64,000 nt of DNA from an uncultured delta proteobacterium (GCA_963848135.1 CAWKCK010000002.1:124001-188000), one strand, 5' to 3'. Numbered from the stretch's first letter, positions 39,714 to 50,241 are shown. Translations and numbers: made by a program. Notes: a model not told the origin generated them from the sequence alone.

Positions 39714-39912
39714 AAATATAAATCTATAAATTATAAATAATTACAATATTTAACGATTGATTGGGCATGTGGGCGGTCGTGTGGGTTGGCTTAATTGACG
39801 CCTGTGACCGATAGGCCGTCAAGACTTTGACCGGTTTGCTGCAGATGGAGATGTTGGACCCCGAGCAGGAGATGATTTATTTCTCCCAAGAAAAACTGAA
39901 CTATTCGCGTGG

Positions 39913-40224
39913 TTATTTGCGGTATTTTCGAAACCCGGAAATAATCCAGGAGAGCCCCCAGAATACCGCTACCGGCCCCGCACCGACAAAAATATACTGT
40001 TGCCCCGGATGCTCCCAGGGTTCGAGGTAAGCGGCTGTTGCCAAAAGCCAGGCGATAGAGACAAATATTGCCAGACGCAGGAACCCTGTCAGGCGTAAAC
40101 GGATCCCGGACTTTGAGTGGGAATCGCTGGCAGGAAATCGCCGGCGATCTAACAGACGGGGAAGGACCATAATCCCAAGGACGATAAGGGCAATTAGCAG
40201 TATTTCCTGTAATCCGGAAAACAT
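39913..40224 (-). CDS. Small hypothetical membrane protein (about 3 TM)
   Basis: SD GGGAG, ATG 40224; three hydrophobic segments; basic C-terminus. Confidence 0.75.
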   Translation of the reverse strand: MFSGLQEILLIALIVLGIMVLPRLLDRRRFPASDSHSKSGIRLRLTGFLRLAIFVSIAWLLATAAYLEPWEHPGQQYIFVGAGPVAVFWGLSWIISGFRKYRK

Positions 40225-40496
40225 GGATCTCCCCACAGATATGATGCCTGCAAACACCGGACAGGGCCAATGTTAGAATATGGTGCCGCACAACCCTTAC
40301 CGCATCGCATACCTCTGAAACGATGAGCCGGTGTTCAATTTTCTTTCTTCCGGCTGGCAGAAACGAGGTCTGTGTACCACAAGCCGCCGGCTTACGCAAT
40401 CCATGCCAGCGGCGCGTAACACACGTTTTGATAGATTGGTGTTTGTGCTGGTGTTCGGTTATGCTATGAATTCCTAAAAACAAGCATGGATAGACG

Positions 40497-41678
40497 ATGA
40501 CGATTTCTCGGCTCATTACGGCGGTATTCGAACCCCGATCCCCCAACGAAGCGAACCGTTCCATTCCTCTGCGGATTGGAGCCCTTCTGCGCGGAGAAGT
40601 GCTCGAAATCCGGCCGGATGGTAAAACTTTGATAGAATTCGGCCAGACACGGGTTTTGGCGGAGGTCCATTTTAAGGTTAAACCGGGGACTCTTATCTGC
40701 GCCCGGGTCGAAAGCACGGGCAAACCTTTACGGCTCACCCACATACCCCTACCTCCCGTTCACTCAGGCCCCGATAAGGCAGATTCGCCGCTGAACTCTC
40801 TACGTCAGGAAGCGGCCATAAAGAGCTTACCGGACATGATCGGCCGGGTGCTCGATGAGCAGGCCAGGGGACCGTCCGCTAAATCCCTGCCGGAAACCGT
40901 GCGTCAGGCCCTGATGGCCATTCGTCACATTTGCCTGCCCCTTGATTTAAGTCACCAGACAGACTTGATATCAAGGCAATTGAAACAATGGATCGAAAAT
41001 TCCGGCACCTATTTCGAACAGCGACTGGCGCGACTATTGACGGACCTGACGGCCACTGCCGACTCGTCTTCCGCCAATCGGTCGACGGGGCAACCGAATG
41101 CGGGTGAACTGGTCCGGTCCGATTTGAAAGCAAATCTATTAATATTAAAAGATTTCCTTGATCACGGTGGTCAAAAGGACTGCTTAGCGGGATTATCCCC
41201 GAAGGACCTCGATGAACTCAAAACGACCATGGGGCTATTGTTAGAAAATATTGAAGACCAGCTGCGATCCGTTATAAAAAATCGGAATGCAGAGCATTTT
41301 CTCTTTAGCCATCTCTTGAATCTGAACCCAGGAGATCACAGGGGGTTGTTGCAGGTAAAAGTTCCGGTGCACCGGCCGAATGCAGATGATAAGGATGTAC
41401 GGTTGTCTCTGCTGCTCCAGATGGACCGGCTCGGCAATGTCCGTTCCGATTTATGGTTGAACGCAGGCGGTCTGAGGGTGGCGATAGTGGTTACCGATGC
41501 GGGCGTTAAACATCTGGTCGTCAACAACATCCGCAAGCTTGAAGCCCTGTTACGCCCCCATTTCGGGACCCTGTCAATTGACGTAAGGGTCGCGGACCCC
41601 GTGGACACGGGCAATGAAACCGAATTCGGCTCCGCAGCCGATTTTTTTCATCAACGAACCATCGACACCAGTGTCTGA
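40497..41678 (+). CDS. FliK-like (hook-length control C-terminal domain) protein
   Basis: ENSG..FE..L, DLKA.L, C-terminal L.M..LG.VR..L pattern; paired with an FlhB-C-like gene. Confidence 0.7.
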   Translation: MTISRLITAVFEPRSPNEANRSIPLRIGALLRGEVLEIRPDGKTLIEFGQTRVLAEVHFKVKPGTLICARVESTGKPLRLTHIPLPPVHSGPDKADSPLNSLRQEAAIKSLPDMIGRVLDEQARGPSAKSLPETVRQALMAIRHICLPLDLSHQTDLISRQLKQWIENSGTYFEQRLARLLTDLTATADSSSANRSTGQPNAGELVRSDLKANLLILKDFLDHGGQKDCLAGLSPKDLDELKTTMGLLLENIEDQLRSVIKNRNAEHFLFSHLLNLNPGDHRGLLQVKVPVHRPNADDKDVRLSLLLQMDRLGNVRSDLWLNAGGLRVAIVVTDAGVKHLVVNNIRKLEALLRPHFGTLSIDVRVADPVDTGNETEFGSAADFFHQRTIDTSV

Positions 41679-41689
41679 GGCATTTTGTG

Positions 41690-41980
41690 ATGAACAAAAA
41701 AGATACCAAGAGGGCCGTCGCCGTTACATACAATCAGGCCCACGGTCGGGCGCCGAAAGTCGTGGCCCGCGGGCGGGGGCATCTGGCAGATAAAATCGTC
41801 GCCATTGCCCGTCAGCATAATGTTCCGTTGCACAAGGATGAAAACCTGGCGAACGTGTTGGCGCTTCTCGAACCGGGATCGGAGATCCCCCCTGAGCTTT
41901 ATTATGCGGTGGCTGAAGTCCTGGCCTTTGTTTACCGGATGAATCGCAAATATACGATCTCATGCAACTCTTCGACCTGA
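41690..41980 (+). CDS. FlhB C-terminal-domain-only protein (EscU/YscU/HrcU family, FlhX/YlqH-like)
   Basis: AVA.TY, APKVVARG.G.LA.KI, EIPPELY.AVAEVLAFVY; no TM domain, no NPTH. Confidence 0.9.
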   Translation: MNKKDTKRAVAVTYNQAHGRAPKVVARGRGHLADKIVAIARQHNVPLHKDENLANVLALLEPGSEIPPELYYAVAEVLAFVYRMNRKYTISCNSST

Positions 41981-44900
41981 TCAACACGCCCTTGAGTGGT
42001 TCGGTATTGATAGAGGCCAGTGCGGGGACCGGCAAGACTTACACCATTTCGGGTCTGTTTGTGCGGCTTATCATCGAACACGGCCTGAGTGTGGATCAGA
42101 TCCTTGTGGTCACCTACACGACCGCTGCCACCCAGGAATTAAAAACGCGCATACGCCAGAGATTAATCCTGACACGTAAGGGATTCGCACAGGGTTCCAA
42201 TAATGAATTCGTTGCGCGTCTGGTCGATAAAACACCTGACCGGTATTTGGCCTTGCGACAAATCGACAGCGCTCTGGCAGATTTCGACCGGGCGGCCATA
42301 TTTACCATCCATGGCTTCTGCCAACGCCTGCTTCTCGAAAATACATTTGAAACCGGTACGCTATACGACACAAGCCTTGTGACCGATCCGACAATCTATT
42401 TCCAGGAGGTGGCTGAAGACTTCTGGCGCAAATCTTTTTATGCGGCCGATCCCGAATTCATAGGATTCGTTTCCAGCCTCGCGGCGGCTGCCGGACCACC
42501 CATATTCTACCGCCTGCTGCAGAATATCAATATCCCGGATCTTGGTGTCTTGCCGCAAATAGACAGCGCGCCAGCCTTTTGTTGCGATGATTATAGAAAA
42601 CTTCACCGGCAACTCGCCATCGATTGGCCGGCCTGCCGGTCGGCTGTTGTCGAACGGCTTAAAAGCCCGGTTCTCAATGCAAGAGTATTCGGTAGTCTCA
42701 AACCGGATCGCCGCCAGCCTGAGTTCACGCCACGCGATTTGAAAATTAAGGCGCTATCGGCCGCTATGGATCAGTTTTGTCGACCGGCAGAGGCCGTTTT
42801 TCCGCCTTTCAAGGGCTTCGAAAAATTCTCCAACACCTACCTGGCAAAGGTCACGAAAAAGGATTTCTCCCCACCACAGCACCCGTTTTTTAAACTCTGC
42901 CGTCGGTTGCATCATGCTGCTGAAGCGTTAACGTCCGAAATGGCGCACTATTTTCTCTACCTGAAAACCGCGTTTTTCAAATTTTCCCGCTCAGAACTTG
43001 CGATCACTAAAAAGAAACACAACATACAGTTTTACGATGACCTGCTGTTGTCGGTGAGAGATGCTTTGGAACGCGGCGATCCCGGGATCGACAGTCTATC
43101 GGCAACAGTACGCCGGCGGTACAAAGCCGCCCTGGTTGACGAGTTTCAGGATACCGACGCCATCCAGTATGATATTTTTTCAATGCTCTTCGGCGCACCC
43201 CCTTCGATACTCTTTATGATCGGCGATCCGAAACAATCGATTTACAGCTTCCGTGGTGCCGACATTTTTTCATACATCGAAGCCGCTACCCGCTCGGCAT
43301 TCAGATACACTCTGGTTGAAAACTGGCGTTCTTCCCCTGCGTTGATAAAAGCAGTCAACACGCTTTTCGGGGTTGTCGGCAGGCCTTTTCTCTACAAGGA
43401 GATCGTATTTGAAAAGGGTAGGGCGGGCCGGACGCGACGCGATGAGACCACCGGTTGTTCCCCGGCGCTGTCGCTTTGGTTCCTCCCTTCACCGGACGGT
43501 AAACCGATTAACAAAACCGATGCCGTGAGATGGATTGTCGCCGCTGTGGGCGACGAAATTTTGAGGCTGGTTAGGGTGGCGCAGCGCCGAACGGAACCGG
43601 AGGATATTGCCGTTCTTGTCCGCACCAACCGGCAGGCCAGAATGATGAAAGAGGCCCTGTCCAACCGGCGGATTCCATCGGTACTTTACGGCGCCGGCAA
43701 CATATTCGACACCCATGAGGCCGGAGAAATCCAGCAGGTACTGACGGGAATTCTCGATAACAGCAAAGATCAACGGTTCCGCGCCGCTCTGGTGACAGAT
43801 ATGCTGGGGGTACGGGCCATCGACCTCGATACAGACGCCAATTCCTCGCCTTTACTTGATGATCGTAGGAATCGGTTTCGCGAGTATTCGGATATGTGGC
43901 ACCGCAGGGGTTTTATGGCTATGTTCCGATGGCTTATGTCGCGTGAAGGGGTTCGCGCCCAAATGCTGTCCTTTCCCGACGGGGACCGCCGCCTGACAAA
44001 TATCCTCCACATCACCGAACTTCTACATCAGAACGAGATGGAGAATTCTGCAGAAGCTGCGGATCTTATCAAATGGTTTGCCAATCAGCGTAAGCCCGGG
44101 ATTCCTCGACCAGAGGAACACCAACTGCGGTTGGAGAACGATCACCGGGCAGTGCGCATTGTGACGATCCACAAAAGCAAGGGGTTGGAGTATCCGGTCG
44201 TTTTTTGCCCGTTTGGATGGGAGGGCTCTCTGTTTGGAAAAGATCGGGAAGTCATCTGCCACTCAAATGGGCCACCGCGCCGTCGCGTCCTGGACCTGGG
44301 ATCGGAGCGGTATGATGAACATGTCCGCAAGGCACAGCAGGAGAGCCTGGCAGAGAATCTGAGGTTGCTCTATGTGGCGCTCACCCGGGCCCGGTCGCAT
44401 TGTTATCTGGTGTGGGGTCAAATTAAAACGGCCGAAACCTCTGCACTGGCATACCTTCTTCACCAGCCGCCAATAGAGGACGGGCAGGACGTTGTCGATG
44501 TGCTAAAAACCCACCTGGCCCAATTGACTAGCTCTGACCACCTTGCAGACCTAGAGGGCCTGGTTGCACGATCCGAGGGGAGTATTGTCCTGACGGACTT
44601 GCCGCGGTCCGATGAAGCGTCCCCGCCGCTGCAAAAGGCCGTTGCAGAGCCGCTATTCTGCCGGTCCTTTTGCGGTGCCATCGATGCGTCCTGGAAGGTG
44701 TCGAGTTACACATCACTGGTGTCGCGTCGTCAGCAGAGCATTGATCTGCCGGATCGTGACGGACCGGACGACAGCACGTGGTCACCGCCGGACGAGGCGG
44801 TGGAAGCAACGACTTTTACCGCACCGACAGCTGTTATGGAAAACAAAACGATAAACGACTTTCCCAGAGGCGCACGCGCCGGGATTTTTTTTCACAGCGT

Positions 44901-45591
44901 GCTGGAACAACTCGATTTCACCCGCTCGGATTCGGAATACCGTGATCGATTGATCCGCGACAACCTGCGCTCTAATGGTTTCGATCCACAGTGGCTGGAA
45001 ACGGTAAGAACGGCCCTTGAGCGGGTGCTCTCAACGCCATTGCGCCAAGGGAAGGGCGATTTGATCCTCGGTGACATCACTCCACGAGAACGGATGAACG
45101 AGTTGGCCTTCACCTATCCGCTGAAACCGTTTAACCGCTATCAATTACAGGACGTCTTCGCCCGCAACAGGGGTTCCTGTATTCCGCGAGAGTTTCCCTT
45201 GCAATTGGAGCGACTCGATTTTTCACCGACCGGCGGTTTTTTAAAGGGTTTTATCGACCTGGTTTTCCAGCACAAAGGACGCTTCTTCCTTCTGGACTGG
45301 AAATCAAACGATCTCGGCCGACAACCGACTGATTACCACATAGACAAATTGCATACAGTCATGGGCGCATCTTATTACATTCTGCAGTATTGTCTCTATA
45401 CCCTCGCCCTGCACCGGTACCTGGCATTGTGCCAACCGGATTATAATTATACCGAACACTTCGGCGGAGTGTTTTACGTGTTCATCCGCGGCGTGGATCC
45501 AAAGATGGGTTCGGCCTACGGCATTTATCATGATCGGCCGAATGCCGGACTTATCGAAGCGCTTGACAGAACGTTGATTGCGAGCAGTTAA
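41962..45591 (+). CDS. recB: Exodeoxyribonuclease V beta subunit
   Basis: EASAGTGKT, DEFQDTD, GDPKQSIY.FRGA, TIHKSKGLE, YVALTRA; nuclease GFIDL..DWKSN. Confidence 0.97.
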   Translation: MQLFDLINTPLSGSVLIEASAGTGKTYTISGLFVRLIIEHGLSVDQILVVTYTTAATQELKTRIRQRLILTRKGFAQGSNNEFVARLVDKTPDRYLALRQIDSALADFDRAAIFTIHGFCQRLLLENTFETGTLYDTSLVTDPTIYFQEVAEDFWRKSFYAADPEFIGFVSSLAAAAGPPIFYRLLQNINIPDLGVLPQIDSAPAFCCDDYRKLHRQLAIDWPACRSAVVERLKSPVLNARVFGSLKPDRRQPEFTPRDLKIKALSAAMDQFCRPAEAVFPPFKGFEKFSNTYLAKVTKKDFSPPQHPFFKLCRRLHHAAEALTSEMAHYFLYLKTAFFKFSRSELAITKKKHNIQFYDDLLLSVRDALERGDPGIDSLSATVRRRYKAALVDEFQDTDAIQYDIFSMLFGAPPSILFMIGDPKQSIYSFRGADIFSYIEAATRSAFRYTLVENWRSSPALIKAVNTLFGVVGRPFLYKEIVFEKGRAGRTRRDETTGCSPALSLWFLPSPDGKPINKTDAVRWIVAAVGDEILRLVRVAQRRTEPEDIAVLVRTNRQARMMKEALSNRRIPSVLYGAGNIFDTHEAGEIQQVLTGILDNSKDQRFRAALVTDMLGVRAIDLDTDANSSPLLDDRRNRFREYSDMWHRRGFMAMFRWLMSREGVRAQMLSFPDGDRRLTNILHITELLHQNEMENSAEAADLIKWFANQRKPGIPRPEEHQLRLENDHRAVRIVTIHKSKGLEYPVVFCPFGWEGSLFGKDREVICHSNGPPRRRVLDLGSERYDEHVRKAQQESLAENLRLLYVALTRARSHCYLVWGQIKTAETSALAYLLHQPPIEDGQDVVDVLKTHLAQLTSSDHLADLEGLVARSEGSIVLTDLPRSDEASPPLQKAVAEPLFCRSFCGAIDASWKVSSYTSLVSRRQQSIDLPDRDGPDDSTWSPPDEAVEATTFTAPTAVMENKTINDFPRGARAGIFFHSVLEQLDFTRSDSEYRDRLIRDNLRSNGFDPQWLETVRTALERVLSTPLRQGKGDLILGDITPRERMNELAFTYPLKPFNRYQLQDVFARNRGSCIPREFPLQLERLDFSPTGGFLKGFIDLVFQHKGRFFLLDWKSNDLGRQPTDYHIDKLHTVMGASYYILQYCLYTLALHRYLALCQPDYNYTEHFGGVFYVFIRGVDPKMGSAYGIYHDRPNAGLIEALDRTLIASS

Positions 45592-45634
45592 TAATCTTAT
45601 GGGCCTCATCCGGAATCGGCCCTGATGTTTGAAG

Positions 45635-47557
45635 ATGACCTCAATGACATCCACAGATCTGACCACTCTTTATTCCAGCGGGGTTTTGACCGAAATCGAT
45701 GTCCACTTCGCTGATTTCATGACCCGTCTCGACAGCCGCGGAAGCCCAGCGCTGACCATTGCCGCAGCGCTTCTCAGTCGTTCCACTGGAAACGGGCATG
45801 TGTGTCTGGATTTAAACTCGGTTGACCGAACAATTGTGGTTCCGCCCGGCGAGAACCGTGCGGCGATCATCTGCCCCAAGCCCGCCGATTGGGTCAAGCA
45901 ATTGCGGACAAGCCCGGTGATCGGAAGACCGGGTGACCAGCGGCCCTTGATCCTTGATGATCAGGAAAGATTGTACCTATATCGCTACTGGCGCTACGAA
46001 CAGGACCTCGTTGCCGCCATTAACCTTCGGACCAATCAACATCAACGCGTGCCGGAAATCCAGAAAACAGACGCATTACGAGACGCTTTCGATCGCTTTT
46101 TTCCACCCGCTGATATAAAGAGTGACGCTGTCGATTGGCAGAAAGTTGCCGCCCTGGTCGCTCTAATGCAACCCTTTTGTGTCATATCCGGCGGGCCCGG
46201 AACCGGTAAGACATACACTGTTGCCAAAATCCTCGCGCTGCTGATTGAACAGGCCGGAGAAACACGATACAATGCTATTCTGGTGGCGCCAACCGGAAAA
46301 GCAGCAGCGAAATTGGGTGATTCAATGAAAACGGCCGTGAAAACGCTCCATTGCCACGCGGCTGTCAGAGCCCGCATTCCGGTCGAGGCCCAAACGATCC
46401 ATCGCATGCTGATCCCGATTCCGGGAACACCCTCTTTTCGTTATGACAAGAACAATCCGCTGCCGGCAGATATCGTCATTGTCGACGAAGCCTCGATGAT
46501 CGATCTGGCGCTGTTGTCCAAACTCGCCACAGCTTTGCCCGCCCGGGCCCACTTGGTACTGATTGGTGATAAGGATCAGCTGGCATCCGTGGAAGCCGGT
46601 GCCGTATTGGGGGATATTTGCGATCGCGGTCGTCGACATGGGTTTTCCGCAGCGTTCTGTCAAACGGCCCGGCAGGTTATCCGCACGCAGCTGGTTGCTG
46701 GCAGGAACGAAAAATCAGGCGGCGTTCAGGACTGCATCGTCAACTTGGTCCGAAGCTATCGTTTTGACGATCAAGGCGGCATCGGTGCACTGAGTCGTGC
46801 CGTAAACCGCGGTGATGCCGATGAGGCCCTGAAGCTGATGGAAAGCGCTGATGACAGCAGCATCACTTGGCGAACGGTGTCGACGATCCGGGATCTCCAA
46901 CGGGAACTTGGCGTGCGCATCGTCCGGGGGTACCGCGATTACCTTTCCACCGGTGATGAATTACAGGCACTGAAACGGTTCAATCGATTCAGGGTGTTGT
47001 GTGCCGTAAACAGGGGGCCTTGGGGTGTTGAGGCCCTTAACCGAATAGCGGAAGAGGCGCTGCGTCGAGAGGGCCTGATCACGCCGGGGGATAACAGATA
47101 CCATGGCCGATGGTATGTTGGACGACCGATCCTGGTCACGGCCAACGACTATGGCTTGGGTGTGTTCAATGGCGATATCGGGTTGACGGCCCATACCGCC
47201 AATGGTGATACGGCCCCGCTGGTGGTAAATTTCACGGATCCCGAGGGCCACGTACGCGGTATCCCGACGGCCCGGCTGTCTGGAATCGAAACCGTCTACG
47301 CCATGACGATACACAAAAGCCAGGGATCTGAATTCGACCGGGTTCACGTTGTGCTTCCCGATACCGATTCGGCGGTATTAACCAGAGAGTTGATATACAC
47401 GGCCATTACCCGGGCCCGGTCACGTGTGACGGTATGGGGACAGCAAAAGTCACTTGAAAAGGCATTGTCTCGGAAAATCGTCCGCCGTTCCGGTTTGCGT
47501 GAAGCGCTGTGGGGCAGGGATACAAATGTGAACGGCACAAAAGATTCAGTGGATTGA
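45635..47557 (+). CDS. recD: Exodeoxyribonuclease V alpha subunit
   Basis: DWQK.A, GGPGTGKT, APTGKAA, DEASMID, GDKDQL.SV, TIHKSQGSEF, YTAITRA. Confidence 0.97.
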   Translation: MTSMTSTDLTTLYSSGVLTEIDVHFADFMTRLDSRGSPALTIAAALLSRSTGNGHVCLDLNSVDRTIVVPPGENRAAIICPKPADWVKQLRTSPVIGRPGDQRPLILDDQERLYLYRYWRYEQDLVAAINLRTNQHQRVPEIQKTDALRDAFDRFFPPADIKSDAVDWQKVAALVALMQPFCVISGGPGTGKTYTVAKILALLIEQAGETRYNAILVAPTGKAAAKLGDSMKTAVKTLHCHAAVRARIPVEAQTIHRMLIPIPGTPSFRYDKNNPLPADIVIVDEASMIDLALLSKLATALPARAHLVLIGDKDQLASVEAGAVLGDICDRGRRHGFSAAFCQTARQVIRTQLVAGRNEKSGGVQDCIVNLVRSYRFDDQGGIGALSRAVNRGDADEALKLMESADDSSITWRTVSTIRDLQRELGVRIVRGYRDYLSTGDELQALKRFNRFRVLCAVNRGPWGVEALNRIAEEALRREGLITPGDNRYHGRWYVGRPILVTANDYGLGVFNGDIGLTAHTANGDTAPLVVNFTDPEGHVRGIPTARLSGIETVYAMTIHKSQGSEFDRVHVVLPDTDSAVLTRELIYTAITRARSRVTVWGQQKSLEKALSRKIVRRSGLREALWGRDTNVNGTKDSVD

Positions 47558-48199
47558 AACCGTTTGCGTCTCTGAAAGCGCGGAAAACACATCCGCAATG
47601 ACATCTTCAGAAATTGCGGCCATGACTATGCTCATGGCCGCAACCACGGCCGAAGGGCTCCGGCTGGCGGACAACGCGCTTTTTCGGTAGGATTTCTGAA
47701 AGATGATCGCCTCGTCAGCCTGCGGTTCATCGGCCTTCGAGAGAGTGATCGTGATATCGATGATGGCCTCCCAACCGTTTTTTGTATCGAGCTCAAAAAT
47801 TTCGTCCACCATGCCCGTCACGACATGAGTTGCCGACAGGCGGCCGATTTTAGTGAGCACGGCCGCGAACCGGCCCGATGCTTTCATGTCTCGGGCCAGG
47901 TACTGGGTCACGAGGTCGGCGGGATTCGAACGCCAGCGATGATAGTGATAGACATTCCGTTGGTAAGGTTCCGGCTGGTAGACAATCCTTTCCGTGTCAT
48001 AAGGTGGCGACGCCGTAAAGGGGTCTATTTGGAGGACCACTGTCAACTTACTGTCCGTCACTGTCCGGGGAGGCGCGTAAGAAAAGGTGTAGTATGAGAC
48101 ATCCTGTAAGGGGTGCGACGGGCCGACACAAGCGCTGAGGACCAGGCAGAGGACAAGCAATAAAAGGGGTGGATGATGACCATGGATAACGAATTTCAT
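47546..48199 (-). CDS. ABC-transport auxiliary lipoprotein (PqiC-like)
   Basis: Lipobox LSAC, Y..HRW...P; last gene of the MCE operon. Confidence 0.85.
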   Translation of the reverse strand: MKFVIHGHHPPLLLLVLCLVLSACVGPSHPLQDVSYYTFSYAPPRTVTDSKLTVVLQIDPFTASPPYDTERIVYQPEPYQRNVYHYHRWRSNPADLVTQYLARDMKASGRFAAVLTKIGRLSATHVVTGMVDEIFELDTKNGWEAIIDITITLSKADEPQADEAIIFQKSYRKSALSASRSPSAVVAAMSIVMAAISEDVIADVFSALSETQTVSIH

Positions 48200-48363
48200 G
48201 GGATTCATTCTCCTTGCAGGCGGCTGAAAAGGCCTAATCCGGGCGTTGCCTGAATATTTTTGAACGTTCGACCACACATTCAAGCTCGACGAAAAGGGAC
48301 TTTCGATCCTGGAGCAAAGCAACGCTTATTACCACCCTGTTTCATACGATACGGGTTATTCAA

Positions 48364-49320
48364 CTAAGGGTCAGGCGTATTCCTTGCGGGCAGCGGTTTT
48401 CCGAATAAAAGCTGTGACGGCTGATCGGCGATCCGATCGATGACGCGGTTGAGATTATCAGCGGTTCGATCGAGTTTCTGGAGAGTGACCATCAATTGGG
48501 TCGTCAGTTGCTGTATCCGGCTGTCGGTGTTCCCGACCAGATCTGATCCGGAGTCCATAAGTCGACCGGTCTTCGCCATTGACAGGTTCAAGGCAGTGAC
48601 AGCCTCGGATAGTTCTTGTTTGTTAGTCCGCAGGATTTCCGACAATTCGGCAATGGTCCCATCGGCATTGCGGGAAAGCCTGCTTATTGAAAGGGCCGCT
48701 GTGTCCACGGAATCAAGGGTCGTGTCCCAAACGTCTAACGAGTGCTTCACCTTCGCCGTCAGTTCGGCCATCTTAATCTCGGCAACACTTCGGTCGATAC
48801 CATCCAGAATTGTTTTTACCTTGGTGGAGATATTTGCGAGGTCAAAAGATTTCAATTGCTGCAGAACGTCGTTGATCTCACTGATTATCTGTTGAATTTC
48901 AGAAGGTTTGGTTGCGATTATCGGATACTTAGAGGGAAAACGGATCCGGGGCGACAGGATTGTTTCAGCAGGTTTTCTACGGTCGAGTTCAACAAACATG
49001 ATGCCGGTGATTCCAACCGCCCTGAGTTGGGCGACGAGGTTCTCATCTGGTTTGACTTCCGGATCGATCTTGAGAACGACTTCCACAAGAGTCGCATCGG
49101 GTGCAACCGAAATGCTTCCCACCCGTCCGATCGAGACACCCCGGTACTTGACCGGCGAATCTTTGTTGAGACCCTGGACCGATTCGTCGAAATAAGCAAC
49201 ATAATAGCGGCCTTTTTCGAGGTGATGCGACAAGCCGAGCCAGACGACGGCAATGAAGGTGATCACGAATCCCAATACGACGAAAACGCCGACGCTGAAT
49301 TTGGTCTTAAGAGATGCCAT
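48364..49320 (-). CDS. mlaD: MCE-domain protein
   Basis: VG.FV TM, ESVQGL..SPVKYRGV.IG.V, GITG; long helical C-terminus. Confidence 0.9.
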   Translation of the reverse strand: MASLKTKFSVGVFVVLGFVITFIAVVWLGLSHHLEKGRYYVAYFDESVQGLNKDSPVKYRGVSIGRVGSISVAPDATLVEVVLKIDPEVKPDENLVAQLRAVGITGIMFVELDRRKPAETILSPRIRFPSKYPIIATKPSEIQQIISEINDVLQQLKSFDLANISTKVKTILDGIDRSVAEIKMAELTAKVKHSLDVWDTTLDSVDTAALSISRLSRNADGTIAELSEILRTNKQELSEAVTALNLSMAKTGRLMDSGSDLVGNTDSRIQQLTTQLMVTLQKLDRTADNLNRVIDRIADQPSQLLFGKPLPARNTPDP

Positions 49321-49400
49321 TGATCCATTCCTGGTCCAATATGATTGGTATTCGTGATAATAATATCATGAAATCTCTTCGGGTTGAACCTATGGCCAGG

Positions 49401-50240
49401 TTAGCGCCCGGGGCCGGAAAACCCGTTGGTCGACAGCATCGGTCGATCCGCTTCTTCCGGCGCGTCCGGTCGGCGGAGATGGCGGTGGAAAAATTGCTGC
49501 ACCAGTGGATCCGGGCTGAAGTCCCGTAAACGATGCGGATCGCCTTCGGCGCGGATACCTTTGACGCTTTTATCGAGCATGATGACCCTTCTCGCTACAC
49601 TGAAGACACTGTCGAGTTCATGGGTTACGATAATAATGGTCGTGCCGATAGTCTGGTTGATGTGCAGAATCAGCGCGTCGATTTCAGCAGAGATGATGGG
49701 ATCCAGCCCTGCCGAGGGTTCATCCAAAAAAAGAATTTTAGGGTTGAGGGCCAAAGCCCTGGCCAACCCGGCACGTTTTTTCATACCACCGCTCAATTCC
49801 GATGGTAAGTGATTTTCATATCCGGTCAAGCCGACCAAGTCCAGTTTCATCCGGGCCATGGATTCTGTGGCCAGCGGCGAGAGTCCACCGTATTCGGCAA
49901 TCGGCAGGATGACATTTTCAACCAGCGTCATCGATCCAAACAGAGCTGCGCTTTGGAAAAGAACCCCGATTTTTCTTAATGTCCGCCGAAAACTATTGCT
50001 ATCGCATGTGGTGATGTCCACCCCGTCAATGATGACATTGCCGTCAAAAGGTCTCAGCAAACCCACCATATGCCGCAGGAGAGTTGTTTTTCCGCACCCG
50101 CTTCCGCCCAGGATACCAAGAATTTCTCCGTTGAGGACGTCGAACGTCACATCTTTCAGAACGATGCTCTCATTGTAGCGGGCCTCGAGATGGTTGACCC
50201 TGATGATGGTTTCACTGTTCAAACCGTTGCCCTTTTCCAT
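49401..50240 (-). CDS. mlaF: MlaF-type ABC ATPase
   Basis: GGSGCGKT, LSGGMKKRAGLARA, FLDEPSAGLDP, VTHE. Confidence 0.92.
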   Translation of the reverse strand: MEKGNGLNSETIIRVNHLEARYNESIVLKDVTFDVLNGEILGILGGSGCGKTTLLRHMVGLLRPFDGNVIIDGVDITTCDSNSFRRTLRKIGVLFQSAALFGSMTLVENVILPIAEYGGLSPLATESMARMKLDLVGLTGYENHLPSELSGGMKKRAGLARALALNPKILFLDEPSAGLDPIISAEIDALILHINQTIGTTIIIVTHELDSVFSVARRVIMLDKSVKGIRAEGDPHRLRDFSPDPLVQQFFHRHLRRPDAPEEADRPMLSTNGFSGPGR

Positions 50241-50241
50241 A

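Noticed and set aside
40473..40500. sigma28 promoter for the FliK-like gene
   Set aside because: The -10-like GACGATGA overlaps the start codon and the spacing is off
39791..40744. 317-aa minus-strand ORF
   Set aside because: Overlaps two better-supported genes and has no recognisable motifs; the many other short antisense ORFs in the track are rejected likewise
47218..47225. E. coli Chi site GCTGGTGG within recD
   Set aside because: One noticed occurrence is compatible with chance, and Chi sequences are lineage-specific
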